This document shows, piece by piece, positions 44,597 to 57,500 of a stretch of DNA of 64,000 bases. The first letter of the stretch is position 1; every line of letters begins with the position of its first letter. The position numbers and the translations under genes are program-made. This DNA is from Macrostomum lignano (Eukaryota), in assembly GCA_002269645.1 (NCBI GenBank), contig NIVC01000075.1, forward strand, positions 195,760 through 259,759. Direction: 5' to 3'. The notes below the pieces were generated by a model that was not told where the DNA came from, did not search any database, and worked only from the letters and a program-made list of their open reading frames with translations.

Positions 44597-45529
44597 AGTC
44601 AGCTACGAATGACAAAATAGATTCGTAAAACCAATGAGCCGAGCCGTGCCATTTTAATGGTTTTTAGCCACAGGAAATGTGCAAATTTACGTAGAATAAA
44701 AAATTAACATAGAATCCTAATTTTCTGAACGAAAAGCTTTATGAATATCAATAGAGGTTATGAAAGGCAAAACATATCGAAAGATAAACATTGGGTCTGC
44801 ATTCTATCGAAAGCAAAAACAATTTTTGTGCTGAAAAAATTAAGACTTTTTATCTCCTTAGTGTAATTTTTTCAGCAAAAAAGTTGCCTTCAAAAAATTG
44901 CCTTAGATTTTGAGTGTTGCGTCCTTATACTAAAGTTGTCCTTGCTTAGAAGTCGTCTACCTGATTCCACTGTTTGGGTCCTCGGTGTCCTCCTCAATTT
45001 TTTGAACCCTGCAGTCGCTAGGGCAAGACTCCTAGCTCCAATCCTGGTGACCCGGGCTATATGAACCTGGTGGGTGGAATCACTCTTAATTACCCCGCGG
45101 TAGAGCTTTTCCCTAGGCTGATCCGAGGCGAGACTAGCTCTCTCCCCCAACAACAACAAAGGCCATCTATACTAATAGCAGACTAGCATTTTGAGCATGG
45201 ATCGGGCCCAATGAACATCTGCATTATAGCAGAAATTTGATTTGCAAAAAAACTACTTAATTTCTTACACTGTCAATTTAAAGCTCAGAATTCAAGCGCA
45301 AAGGGTATGTAAAAACTTAAGTTGTTTATGGCAGTAAATATTTCACTTGCTTAGGTACAGTGAGACGCGTTTCTGTAATACTGAAAGGAGCTTTTGCCAA
45401 AGACAAACGAACCAAAGTCTTCAATATAAGTACGAAAGTCAAAGGGACCAGCTTAAGCGATACTTCATAGAGTTTTAGCTGTGAAAGAAAAGCGTAGCTT
45501 ACACTTTAATAATCGGCTCACAAATCGAA

Positions 45530-48500
45530 ATGCTCTCCAACACTTATCCAACAAGATGCTGGAAGGTTCTGTCTGTCATTGCTCTCTTAATACTGGTGCA
45601 TCAGATTGAGCTCAGCTGCTCGACAAGCCCCTGCATCAACCTTGACTTGGTGGTCGCAGTGGACACATCGTCTTCATGCTCTCAAACACAGTTCGACAGG
45701 CTGCTCTCAGAGGTGAAGGCCTTGGTCTCTAAATTTCCAATCGGTCCGACAAAAACTCGACTGGCTCTGATCGGCATGTCGCAGACTGCGCAGGTTCTCG
45801 CCAACTTCGACGACCTGACGTCTCTGTCGGACTTCAACTCCGCGGTCGACAGGCTGACGATGAGTTCCGAACGAGCCGAAATCTCGAAGGGCATCAAGCT
45901 GGCTCGGGAGTCCGTGCTCAACAAGGCCAGGGCTGCTCCGACTCCAAGACTCTTAGCTCTGGTAAAGGACAGGCAGTGCGCTGAGAGAATAACGGGATCG
46001 AGCGACGCGGAACTGGCTTCGATTAAGTCGGAAGTCGCAGTCCTGAAGTTGACGGGAAACGCAGTGCACGCAATCGGAATCGGCGGATTGTGGAACAGGT
46101 GGTTCGGTTTTGTTAATACTGTCTTTTGCTACAAAAGCAAGCTACCATCAAAGCTATGTTCTAAATTCAGTTGAGATTCCTGAATTTAAAATAGGTTAAA
46201 GTTGTTTAGTGCTTGGCTGTTCATGTATACAGCAAGAGGGATAGAAACTGCGTCTCTAAGGTTTCTGTGACAGTCCATCTGTTGGTGTGGCAGCTCTTGA
46301 TGGTTTGGTAGCGTTCGACCATCCACAGATAGTCGTCCTCTCTCTAGGTTGATGGGCACTAAAGCACTTGGCGGCGGGGCAGTGCGTGCATTTGCAGTTT
46401 TGGCACACAGGTTCAACACCAATTTGTGACCCACAGTAGCTTCATTAAGCTACAATACGATTTTATAACTGGCTGATATTACATTATAATACCAGCTAAT
46501 TGTGGAAGATATGACAAAATGATGTAGCTCTCCACTTTGAATTTTAGCCGGGTACTGAAAGCCATTTTCGGAACCAGCTACCTGCTCTTCAAGAACAATA
46601 ACAAGGCTATGGAGTCCGTCAAGTCTCTGAACATTAAAATGTGTCTTCCACCAACCTGCAAACACTCGGGGCAGACGGTAAAGCCTGAAACTTGCTTTGC
46701 AAAGTCGCAGCATGTACTGACGTTCAATGTTGCTGGCGCTTTCACCTCGTCTAAGATCGGAGTCTGCAGACAGCACATCGCGAGATCATTTCAGTCTTGC
46801 AGTGAGTTACTCCATTTGCCGATTTATCTATCTCTTACGGCTTCTTTTTCATTTGAAAACAGAGACTTCCTGTCTCTGCAAGTTGGAAGTATTTTTATTT
46901 AAATGCAAAATTTACAGTAAACTTGTTGGGGCATCAAAATTAACAACTTGATGCCGAAAATGTACAAACCTAATCTTGTGGCATTTATGGAGTTGCAATA
47001 TGTTTTATTAAAATTATATTCAGCTTATAAGGTTGTTGTTGTAAAATGCAGAACGTATTCTCACTTGAGCAGGACTCAAGGTTCTTTTTATGAAGTATTG
47101 ATATTGACCGTCTTGCCATCGATTTTTGCTACTACTTAGTTTATTGCACATCACGTGTACTACAATGCATTGTGACCCCTTTTTAGCCACCAAAAGTACT
47201 TCTTGTGATGATATAGTCATCACAAGATGGTCACTTGATGGAAGCTGGTAGATTTATATGGTAAAAATGACTGGAGAGGCAAGGCTCCAAAAGGCAAGGA
47301 TGAGGCTTTATGGTTCTGCCTCTCCTCTAAAGTACTGTTAATTTCTACAGATATTAGTTTTGTTGACTTTTGAAATTGCACTTATGCTTCCGGTAAAATC
47401 ACAACAAATTTTTTATTCACTAAGACTACCTCAAAAACCAGGTAGAAAACTTGAAATTAACATTTGCCCTCTCCAGCCGAGAAGCAGTCCTGCAGCAAGA
47501 TGGAGCGAAGTCTTGGTTCATGCCAAGCTGACGGCAAGTTGGCCATTCTGGAGACGCTGCAGTTCTTCGACCGAAAGAAACAATCATGCGTGACATATGT
47601 AGAGAAGCACAAAGTGGACTGCTGTGAGTTTCCTGTTCTTCCAATAATTGTCAGTCAGTCAGTCAGTCAGTCAGTCAGTCAGTCAGTCAGTCAGTCAGTC
47701 AGTCAGTCAGTCAGTCAGTCAGTCAGTCAGTCAGTCAGTCAGTCAGTCAGTCAGTCAGTCAGTCAGTCAGTCAGTCAGTCAGTCAGTCAGTCAGTCAGTC
47801 AGTCAGTCAGTCAGTCAGTCAGTCAGTCAGTCAGTCAGTCAGTCAGTCAGTCAGTCAGTCAGTCAGTCAGTCAGTCAGTCAGTCAGTCAGTCAGTCAGTC
47901 AGTCAGTCAGTCAGTCAGTCAGTCAGTCAGTCAGTCAGTCAGTCAGTCAGTCAGTCAGTCAGTCAGTCAGTCAGTCAGTCAGTCAGTCAGTCAGTCAGTC
48001 AGTCAGTCAGTCAGTCAGTCAGTCAGTCAGTCAGTCAGTCAGTCAGTCAGTCAGTCAGTCAGTCAGTCAGTCAGTCAGTCAGTCAGTCAGTCAGTCAGTC
48101 AGTCAGTCAGTCAGTCAGTCAGTCAGTCAGTCAGTCAGTCAGTCAGTCAGTCAGTCAGTCAGTCAGTCAGTCAGTCAGTCAGTCAGTCAGTCAGTCAGTC
48201 AGTCAGTCAGTCAGTCAGTCAGTCACTCACTTAAGTCAGTCAGTCAGTCAGTCAGTCAGTCAGTCAGTCAGTCAGTCAGTCAGTCAGTCAGTCAGTCAGT
48301 CAGCAAGGATGTCTATTTTCCAGCTGGAGCAAGGGAGTGCAAAGATCAAGTCGCAGATGTGGTGATAATGCTGGATAAATCTGGTAGCATTCATAGCAAA
48401 TACCACACTGTTGCGAACTCGGCGAAGACAATAGTCGAGTCGCTAAATCTTGGAGAGAAAAATGTTCGGATTGGTGTTGTTACCTTCAATGGTTTTTCTA

Positions 48501-51033
48501 CTTACGTAAAATCAATAATGGTAGTGACGGATCTGCTAGAAATGCTAGTTGGCCTTGGAGATGAGTTCGACAAGTCGAAAATTCTAACAAAGATTGAAAA
48601 AAGCAGGACTGTGGGGAAGTATAGGAACACACATACTGGTCACGCTCTCAAAGAAGTCAGGAAGCTTTTCAACTCCAAAGGGCGAAAAAACGTTTTCAAA
48701 GCTGTCGTTATCATCACGGATGGTTCAAGTAATGATGCCGAAGTACTGTATCAAACAGTATCGGAAATAAAAAACGACAATGTCACGCTGTATGCGGTAG
48801 GAGTCGGCAAAGTGACAAACTACGAACTGTGAGCTTTTATTGTGATCTGTTTTTTTATTTGGGTTCTTTACCTATTGCAACGGGTTTCCCTAACTAGATG
48901 GAATTAGCTGAAGTTGCGGTTTTGGTCGATAAAAAATGGGCACCAAGGCTGCTGGTTGTAGGTAACGTAATTATAAAATTCTAGAAATCATCCACATGTA
49001 TCAACCAACAAAAACGACGGTGTCACTCTTTATGGCAAAGTAGCCAATAGTGGATTCTACATGAATCATTGTGTTCTATTCTATACTTTTCTATTCTAAA
49101 CTGCTGCTGTAAGTTTTATAGAATAACTTGATTGAAACTTATGGTGAGTTATCAAGCCACACCAAGGACAGATGGTTTTAGAGGACTGATAAATGATCGA
49201 GCTTCCTGGGTTGCTGGCTCAAACCTTGTGTAAATCCTACTGCAAAACATAAAAATATTAAGTTTAGCTCATGGTGCTAAATTTACCCGCTCACGGAAAA
49301 AAGGAGTTTGGTGACCCTGTGACCCCTGTGTATGAAATGAGGAGGTTTTTAGTTCAGGAAACCTAACAAGGCTGGACACTGTACAGTTTAAGTGCTCATA
49401 GCAACAACACAACATCTTGCAACAACAGGCGCGAGCTAAATTTGATCACATCGCCAGAGTCCGATAAAAACCTTTTCGTTTTTGAAAAGTTTGAGCAGCT
49501 GAAGCCTTGGGCTGAAAAATTCTCACAGCGGCTCTGCATGGAGTTGAAGCCCCCGAACCCGAAGTTCTGCGACGCCGATGTTCAGTTCAAGTCCATCTCG
49601 CTCTGTCGGTTCAGAAAAATGCATATTAATATGGTAAACTTCAAGTACGACACTTCTAAAAGGTGCATCAAGCATTTCAAAAGCGAGATAAGTGAAACTT
49701 GCAGTAAGTTGCTCAAAAGTTTCTAAATGTAAACCAAGAGTTGTTCAAGAGTTTTTTGATCTTTCGCAAAAAAGTCCCGGATAAGAGTCTCGGCGAAAAG
49801 ACACCAGAGCTTCAAACATCAGCACTCATGGGACTGTTATGCTTGCTAATGCTAAAACACTGAGTGCACCTTCCTCAGTTGAGCTTACACAATGCACTTA
49901 GACGCCGAACCAAACTTGCAGAGACCACCTGCGTCGACCCGATTGACGGCAGCGACCACCTGGAAGGCGAGTCTTGGACCAACATGTGCCACGAGTTCCG
50001 CTGCGATTCGAGCGGCAATACAATCCTGCCAACCTCAGTTAGGAGTAAGTTTCTGAGCACAGCTCTTCGTCCCTTCCAGCGCCGCCCTAACTCGCCTCAG
50101 TCACTGCATGTCTGTCAGCCCTCTCTCAGTCACTGAATGTCTGCCAGCACTCCCTCAGTCACTGCATGTCTGCCAGCCCTCCCTCAGTCACTGCATGTCT
50201 GCCAGCCCTCCCTCAGTCACTGCATGTCATTCAGCCCTCCCTTAGTCACCGCATGTCTGCCAGCCCTCCCTCAGTCACTGCATGTCTGCCAGCCCTCCCT
50301 CAGTCACTGCATGTCTGCCAGCCCTCCCTCAGTCACTGCATGTCTGCCAGCCCTCCCTCAGTCACTGCATGTCTGCCAGCCCTCCCTCAGTCACTGCATG
50401 TCATTCAGCCCTCCCTTAGTCACTGCATGTCTGCCAGCCCTCCCTCAGTCACTGCATGTCTGCCAGCCCTCCCTCAGTCACTGCATGTCTGCCAGCCCTC
50501 CCTCAGTCACTGCATGTCTGCCAGCCCTCCCTCAGTCACTGCATGTCTGCCAGCCCTCCCTCAGTCACTGCATGTCTGCCAGCCCTCCCTCAGTCACTGC
50601 ATGTCTGCCAGCCCTCCCTCAGTCACTGCATGTCTGCCAGCCCTCCCTCAGTCACTGCATGTCTGCCAGCCCTCCCTCAGTCACTGCATGTCTGCCAGCC
50701 CTCCCTCAGTCACTGCATGTCTGCCAGCCCTCCCTCAGTCACTGCATGTCTGCCAGCCCTCCCTCAGTCACTGCATGTCTGCCAGCCCTCCCTCAGTCAC
50801 TGCATGTCTGCCAGCCCTCCCTCAGTCATTGCATCCGGCCAGCTCCGCAACAATCCAGTTGCTAGGCAGTCCACCACTCGCCCATTCCAGAATGCGTTGC
50901 TGCCGACTTCAGCTGCAAGCCGATTGGCGCGGCGCCGTTTCGCTGCAGAAACATCGACGGCGAGGAGAGAGAAAACTGCCAGTGCATCGACAAGGACGGC
51001 GAGGCCGTGCTGGTGGTCGACAACCCCAACTGA
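45530..51033 (+). CDS. g4: secreted double-vWA Cys-rich protein, ~671 aa; exons 45530-46098, 46548-46801, 47477-47623, 48324-48828, 49429-49703, 49922-50044, 50891-51033
   Basis: Exons sum to 2016 nt and the frame is open. This is the most compact copy. vWA2 reads DKSGS..THTG..ITDG. Confidence 0.88.
47650..48303. repeat. (CAGT)n microsatellite, intron 3 of g4
   Basis: Direct reading. Confidence 0.98.
50096..50832. repeat. 29-bp minisatellite, ~25 units, intron 6 of g4
   Basis: Direct reading. Confidence 0.97.
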
Positions 51034-52741
51034 CAGGCAGACAGTCAGCTGATCGGAATGGCAGCACTCGAATCAAGCTGGATTAATCGGTGGATTTCCA
51101 TGTGAAGGAAGGACTAGTCTATTCACAGTAGTCATGATTACATGTACGTTTTAGCAGCTATTTACGGGAACCATTAATTTATTATCGACACTACACTGCA
51201 TGATTATCCTCCATTAGCACTGTAGCTCGCTGATTCCCAACAACAGTTTTTCATTCTTCTGATTATCTATAATGAACGATTATCGCCATAAAGCAAATGC
51301 CTCCGATGCGTCTCATCAAACTTGGATAAAAATTATTAGCTAGTATGTGCCTATAGAAAATGTATGTATCTGTTTATTTTTGACGTAAATCCTATGCTTT
51401 TGATTAAGCAATACCTTCAAAGTTAATTTTCAGGGATACTAATCAAGGCGATAACACGGCGAATAAAATATCAATATTAAAATCAATTTTCCAAGCACCC
51501 ACTTCGCTATAAATATTAAGATAATTTTTTTGAATTAACATTGAATTTCACAAGCGCTTGTCCAAATGTCAGGAACATATTTTTTATACAGACTTGCAAC
51601 ATCCTGCAGTGCATACCATTGGCAACGGGCATGAATCTACCTCTTTCCATAGATTTCAATCTATCGTAAATATAGATTATGGATTACCGATAATCCAGAG
51701 CTACATAGTCAATATCTTGAACTGAAATGCTTTATCCAGAGAATAAAATTATACAATCACAACAAGCTATTTGGGAGACATACAAGGTTCTGGTGCCCCT
51801 AGCGCTGGCGTTCCTTGCGCTGGCGCTCCTGGTGCTAAAGCGGCGGTGCTGGCGCCTCTTAGCAAAACCCTGGTGCTTGGTTTGCGCCTGTTTCCGTCTC
51901 TGCTCGCTTATATTGACTGTAGGAATACCAAGCCATTTTTGCGCCCGTCGAACTACCAAGAGTGGGGGGAATCCCCCCTGACAATTTTTTTGCTGAGCCG
52001 GAACGGAGCAACGCAGGCACACGAAATTCAAGAACACGGGCTAACTTTTAGTTGCGCCCCTTTTCGAACAAGAATCAATTTGCCAGCCCTTCGGACCGTC
52101 GAGATATTCGACAATTTTGCCAGAAGGTCGGATTTTTCCCATAAGCGCCAGTGTATTCAGTCCGGCGCAGCAAAAAAACATTGTCAGGGCCCCCCTCTTG
52201 ATAGTTCTAGTGTTAAGGGCAGACTTGCGTGACCCCATGCAAGAGTCATGATGACAGCTATGATTTTAATCGTTCCAAATATGGCTCATTCTTCGATTCT
52301 TAGAATTTTCAACTGGCGGACAGGAAAATTAAGCATCGACTCGCAGAATTTTCTAATTTTCTTTATTCTCTAAAGAAAATGTTCTGTTCCCGCCTTTTGA
52401 CGCTGTCCCAGACGGTAATCTAGTAAGAAAATCTTTAGCACTGTGCGCTTAATCCAAGTATTTTTATTTCACAATTTTTGTCGACATAACGCATTTAGCC
52501 GCGCAGTAACCCGATTCGCAATCTTTTGAGAAGCCTCAGCGAATTCTCATGGATGATAGAAGGCATCTGGAATCAAGATGAGAAACGTATTGATGTGGAA
52601 CATCTGGAACTAAGATCGGATGAAGCGTTGAAGCGTATATTTAAGCGCTTCGTAGCCGAGCGCACAGTCGCTGCCAGTTGGAAATTCTCAGCTTCCTAAA
52701 TAGTAGATAAGAGTTTTTTGAGCCGCGAACGAGCATTTGTC

Positions 52742-53606
52742 ATGGGTAACGGTAAGTCTTTGTTCACCTGACATGTACATTTTCGCGTCTTTAATTTTTA
52801 GTAGGTAGAACTTGAGACGCTTTGCTACAGCGTGCCAGTGTTATGTTGCTGTGTCGCTGACTTGTAGTTAGTTTTGCAGGAGGGCTTCTGATACTTCTAC
52901 AGGTTGACCCACAGCCAAGTGAAGAGGCTATCGGTAAATCATGCTCATTCCGCCAATGCCCATGCATTCAGGACGTGTTAGACACTAAATAGCTACTCTT
53001 CCCCAGTTGTTGACTTTAGATTTCTCAAAATTGTAGCTCTACTTTCAGAATGTGAACCCTTCACTGTAATGATTTTTATACTTCATTCAACTTTCCATTT
53101 TTTGCCCTCCTGGCTTTGCTTCTTAAGACCGGCACTCACTTCTCATTGTTGTATACGCTCATGTGACGTTTTATATCCTTTATGTTTTAGTAAACCTTCT
53201 ATCCGGACGGAAGAGCCAAGGCCTTGCGCTCCTGCTGAGTCTGATGGTCATGTCTATCAGCTGCTGTCAAACCAGCGCTGAGTCACAGCATAAAGGCAAA
53301 TTCCTTTATTGCGGTCCGGCCAGTCCAGTCATGATAGACTGGCTCTGCCGGTCAATCAAACACCTGGAGAGCTTCGGAATCAAAGACGGCTACATCGATC
53401 CGGCTCAGGGATATCTGCCGCTAAGCGCTCCGCCACCTTGGAAAAAGAGATCCGGCAATCCTACTAGCGAGCAATCAACTGACGAGCTTCTAGACGACCT
53501 ACCGGATGAGGCGACAATAATTAAACGAGGAATTCACGCGCACGTGGCCATGTCGCTTTGTTGCAGACGCATGTGCGATGCCAGAGTGTTCTGCAAAGGC
53601 TACTGA
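52742..53606 (+). CDS. Insulin/relaxin-like peptide precursor, 141 aa; coding exons 52742-52751 and 53191-53606
   Basis: ATG GGT AAC G|GTAAGT spliced to TTTTAG|TA gives MGNVNLLSGRKSQGLALLLSLMVMSISCCQTSA (signal peptide). B chain CGPASPVMIDWLC (C-x11-C), KKR, acidic C-peptide, KR, then A chain GIHAHVAMSLCCRRMCDARVFC. Confidence 0.82.
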
Positions 53607-54540
53607 TGTCAGTTCAAACAGTAGTAGCATGCAGTAGTATAGTGCTGTGCTCGTACTAATTGGGAGATTAAAATACTGGCATGGCTGATTCTATGTCGTC
53701 TAGTAGTGCTGGATAAATCACGACGTCAACAAATACACCGAGCTCTTTTCTGTCTGCTATCAGACACTCGAGAAGTTAAATCAAACTTGCATGCAATTCT
53801 CTTTTTGTACATATATTAAGATTACAGACGGATACCTACTAATCTGTAACTTATGCAATAAGTTTTGTGTACATACATGTTCTCCGAAAGGGGATGCCAA
53901 TTTAGAGACTGGAATGAAGCCTGAAGTTAATCTCAGAGTTTAGTAGTTTTTCTAGCACACTACATGTACAGTATAGTTTGGTTCTACCACGCGGTTGTTC
54001 ATGTAGCAAATTGGGCCCGCGCACAGTGAGTGACGCGATACAGTGTTGGTCTCTCAGTTGGTTTCTCAATTAATCAATACAGTATTCAATACAGTATTCA
54101 ATACAGTATGAATTTAAATTTTGAAGAATAAATTTGAAATGGAAAGCAATCAAGACTCAGTCAAATTTACAGTGTAGTAGCTGTGGCTCGGATAAAATTC
54201 TTGTGTCTCACTCGCGTTTTTAGATCGATCGGCAAGGATTGTACAAATAAATAATCCGCAATCAGAAGCGCGTGTTTTGATAGTCTTCACTCTTCAATAC
54301 TTCAAACCCTGTCGTGGACATCCAACGGCTTTTGAATCTTGTTTTTTATTAACATGAACATCTACACTGCGCATTTTTATATTAATTTTTTAAGATGTGG
54401 TAAGCAAGAGAAGTAATTAATTAAACTTTCCTAATATATTTACACTAAATTTTACACATTTTGTTTATATACATGAAAATTTTATTTAAAACTAGACTTG
54501 TTTTCATTTTCATTTTCTCAGGTATTGCACCACAGAGAAC

Positions 54541-57500
54541 ATGAAGTGTTCTAGGTGTAAAGAAAATCGTCCTACAATCTACTGTACAGGGTGCACGACA
54601 AGTAAGTATCGCATTTTGCGGTGGAAACTAGTAATGATTCACATTTTGAGCATATTTGGGTTCTGTCTAATCTGTCATGACATATTATGGACAGCTTAGC
54701 CTAGGGAATTTTCGTTTTTTAATTGGCAGTTGTTATTGTTATGGTGACCGTATTAATCGTCAAAATGACACTATTTCTACGGTCAACATATAAAACAAAG
54801 GCCACGCTTAAATACACGATGGCCGAGTCTATAATGCAAAAACTTACAGACGGCGGCCGTTTCCGTAATATAGAATGTGTCACACTCGAGAGTGGGAACC
54901 CTGCACATCGCCAGCGGCCGTGTCGTTAGCATTAGCATTGAATATTTGAATGGGTTCAAACTTAAAGACATAAAAGGTGGCCATGTCACTAATATAGAAT
55001 CCATTCAACAATAGAGATGGCGGCCATCTTATTGCCAAAATTTAGAGCCACTACATAGACTCTAACAGATTCTAAGAAGCTGTACTGTAAATATAAGAGT
55101 AAAAATAAGAGTGAATGATACAATAGTAACTTATAGTTTTTAACTGACCATCCGTATCTTAGGCCCTAGCCCATAGTAAGTGCATGCCTAGTGCCCACAC
55201 TTGTCTAGGCCAGTGTTGCAACAATAAATGACCTTTTTGAGTTCTATAAAAATGTTTTTGGCTGATAATTTGGTTGATTATTTATCTTTCTTGCTAGTAC
55301 TATTTACAGTGGAAAATTAATATGCATAAATATTTGTTTGACTGTCTTATTACAAGCTAAACACTAGAAAGCTTGAAATTTACACTTAAAAGTGAATTTT
55401 TCTATCTTTTTATAGCAACTCTTTTAGTTTTATGTGATTCTATAAAGTACATGCCAGGTTATGTATGCACGCTATGTTTTTAAAAATTATGCATGCCAAC
55501 TATACAGATTTGACTTGGTATACAAGGCTAATGCTAATGTATACCTGAATTTTTAGGGTATATTCTATTGAAAGTATGGACCTCATTTAACTTAATTATA
55601 AATATAATATGATAATATAACTTTCAATGACTAAAATAGCCATTCTGCTATTTTCATGTTGATAAAATCACCATAAAAATAATAGCTTCACTATTTATAT
55701 TGTCATGTAATTACTTAAGCCCTAATATTACTTTTTACATTTATCTTAACAATAATTGATTTATTATATTTAGTATAAGCACTATACTATAGCAATAAAT
55801 AACAACACTAGAAAATTGCCCTTTTAATTAGGCTACCGAATCAATAGCCCTATAGTGTGAGTGCCCTTGGCAATATGATCTTATTAAAAGTGCCTTAGTT
55901 AACTTTAAATATTACAAGCTAGGAAGTTGTTTAGTTTATGATAGAGTCAATATTTTTAGGATATACAACTTAATTATTTGCACTTTTAAAGTAAAATATA
56001 TGGTATAAAATGCAAGACTTTAAGACTAGCAGTAAGAGATTTAATTTTTGTATGATAATAACTAAATGAGATAACTAGCCTAATATTTGTTATAGTTGAC
56101 TAAGTTCTGATTTTTATAGATTAAATTTTTATGTTAAAGCTTAGAGATGACCTAAAATGATTTTAACTGATATTTAAAACTTGAAATAATAATTCATCTA
56201 GACTTAATACCTAAAAATCATCTAAAGTTTTGAAGCCAATAAAGCAATCATATATGCAGACTTTGAAGAAAGTTTTATATTTGATTCTTATTTGTTCTTG
56301 GCTTTGGTTATTCATATTCAAAATATTTAAAGGTGTTATTATTTATTAAACATATTTATAGCTTCAAGTTCAAATTAGCTTTGATAAACAATAGCTATTG
56401 CACAGTTTTAGCTAAGAGCCAATTTCTCTTTTTAGCTATAATCATTTTTTTAGCATTAAAAAATGCTTAGAATCTATACTAGAGGCAGGTACAATAAGAA
56501 TATACCTAAGTCTTCAATCAATATAAACCAATATAAAAGACTGTTTTTGGTGTTTGGAGGGTTGCTAACTGACAGGTTAGCAATTAAATTAAGAAAGGGT
56601 GATCTGTGGAGCCCACAAGTTAAATGATAAGATAAACCTATAAGACCTATAAGGCACACACTAGAGGTTGGGGACTAGGGAAAAGAAGAGAGACTAGCTA
56701 AAGTGACAAACATAAAGGAAAGGGGGAAGAGTTAATGGGGGCAGATTTAGATTTGCCTCTTTCTATGTTGACTTTTTTAGGTATATTATCAATTTGTATA
56801 GATTCACTAGTTGTAACTTCCTAATAATTGTAGTATCCTATCCTTATCTTAGTAGTGCTTAGTCTATTGTTAAGGTGATAAGTCTCTAACATACCTTTCA
56901 AGTTCTTTATTTTGTATACTATTTTGACTAAGGCACTATTTGCATTCAATTCAAGGTTTAAGCATTCATCTGACAAGATAATGAAAATAGAACTTGAACC
57001 TTTTTTTAAATATGCAACATATATAGCAAAGCAAAAGATTCTAACAATTCTTTTATCATGAGCCTCAAATTTTGTGCATCAATGTACCTAAAAAAGTGTA
57101 TTAGCCAAAATCAAATTTATACCCAACAAGTTTAAAACAAAAATGCGTAATTTTGTGGCTATCTTTATTTAAGTTACAAAATAAGTTTATATGGGCATAT
57201 ATTCTTGATGCTATTTTTATATTTTTATTTCTTAGCATTAGCATGAGATTTCCTCGCTACAGATTCCTCCCTGGATGTGGCACACGCTCACATATGGTGT
57301 ACAAGCATTTTTTAGATAAGCTGATTATCAATATTAAAACTTAGTTAAGTGGAAAAGTTTTTGCAGTTTTTTGAAGTCTTAGCATGGACTTTCTAGAATT
57401 TTTCCCTATATATATAATAATAGAGAGAGCAGCACTATCTATCTATTGAGAAATTGTTAAAAACAAAATTTATTTTATTGTAATTAAGACAGGCAACATT

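Larger units (their letters stand above)
41900..44955. repeat. Pair of ~125-bp imperfect inverted repeats (~41900-42025 and ~44820-44955) bracketing the two Crypton-like copies
   Basis: AAGCAAGAACAACTTAAGTAGAAGGATGCAACACTCAAAGTCTATGGCAATTTTTGAAG..TTTTTCAGCACAAAAATTG aligns with the reverse complement of 44820-44955 (roughly three-quarters identical by eye). Confidence 0.7.

Noticed and set aside
51727-52238. GC-rich patch with short ORFs, possible MITE or small gene
   Set aside because: No clear TIR/TSD, splice structure or recognisable protein motif.
55015-55029. Palindromic YY1-like site AGATGGCGGCCATCT
   Set aside because: A single short motif within an intron; no independent evidence of function.
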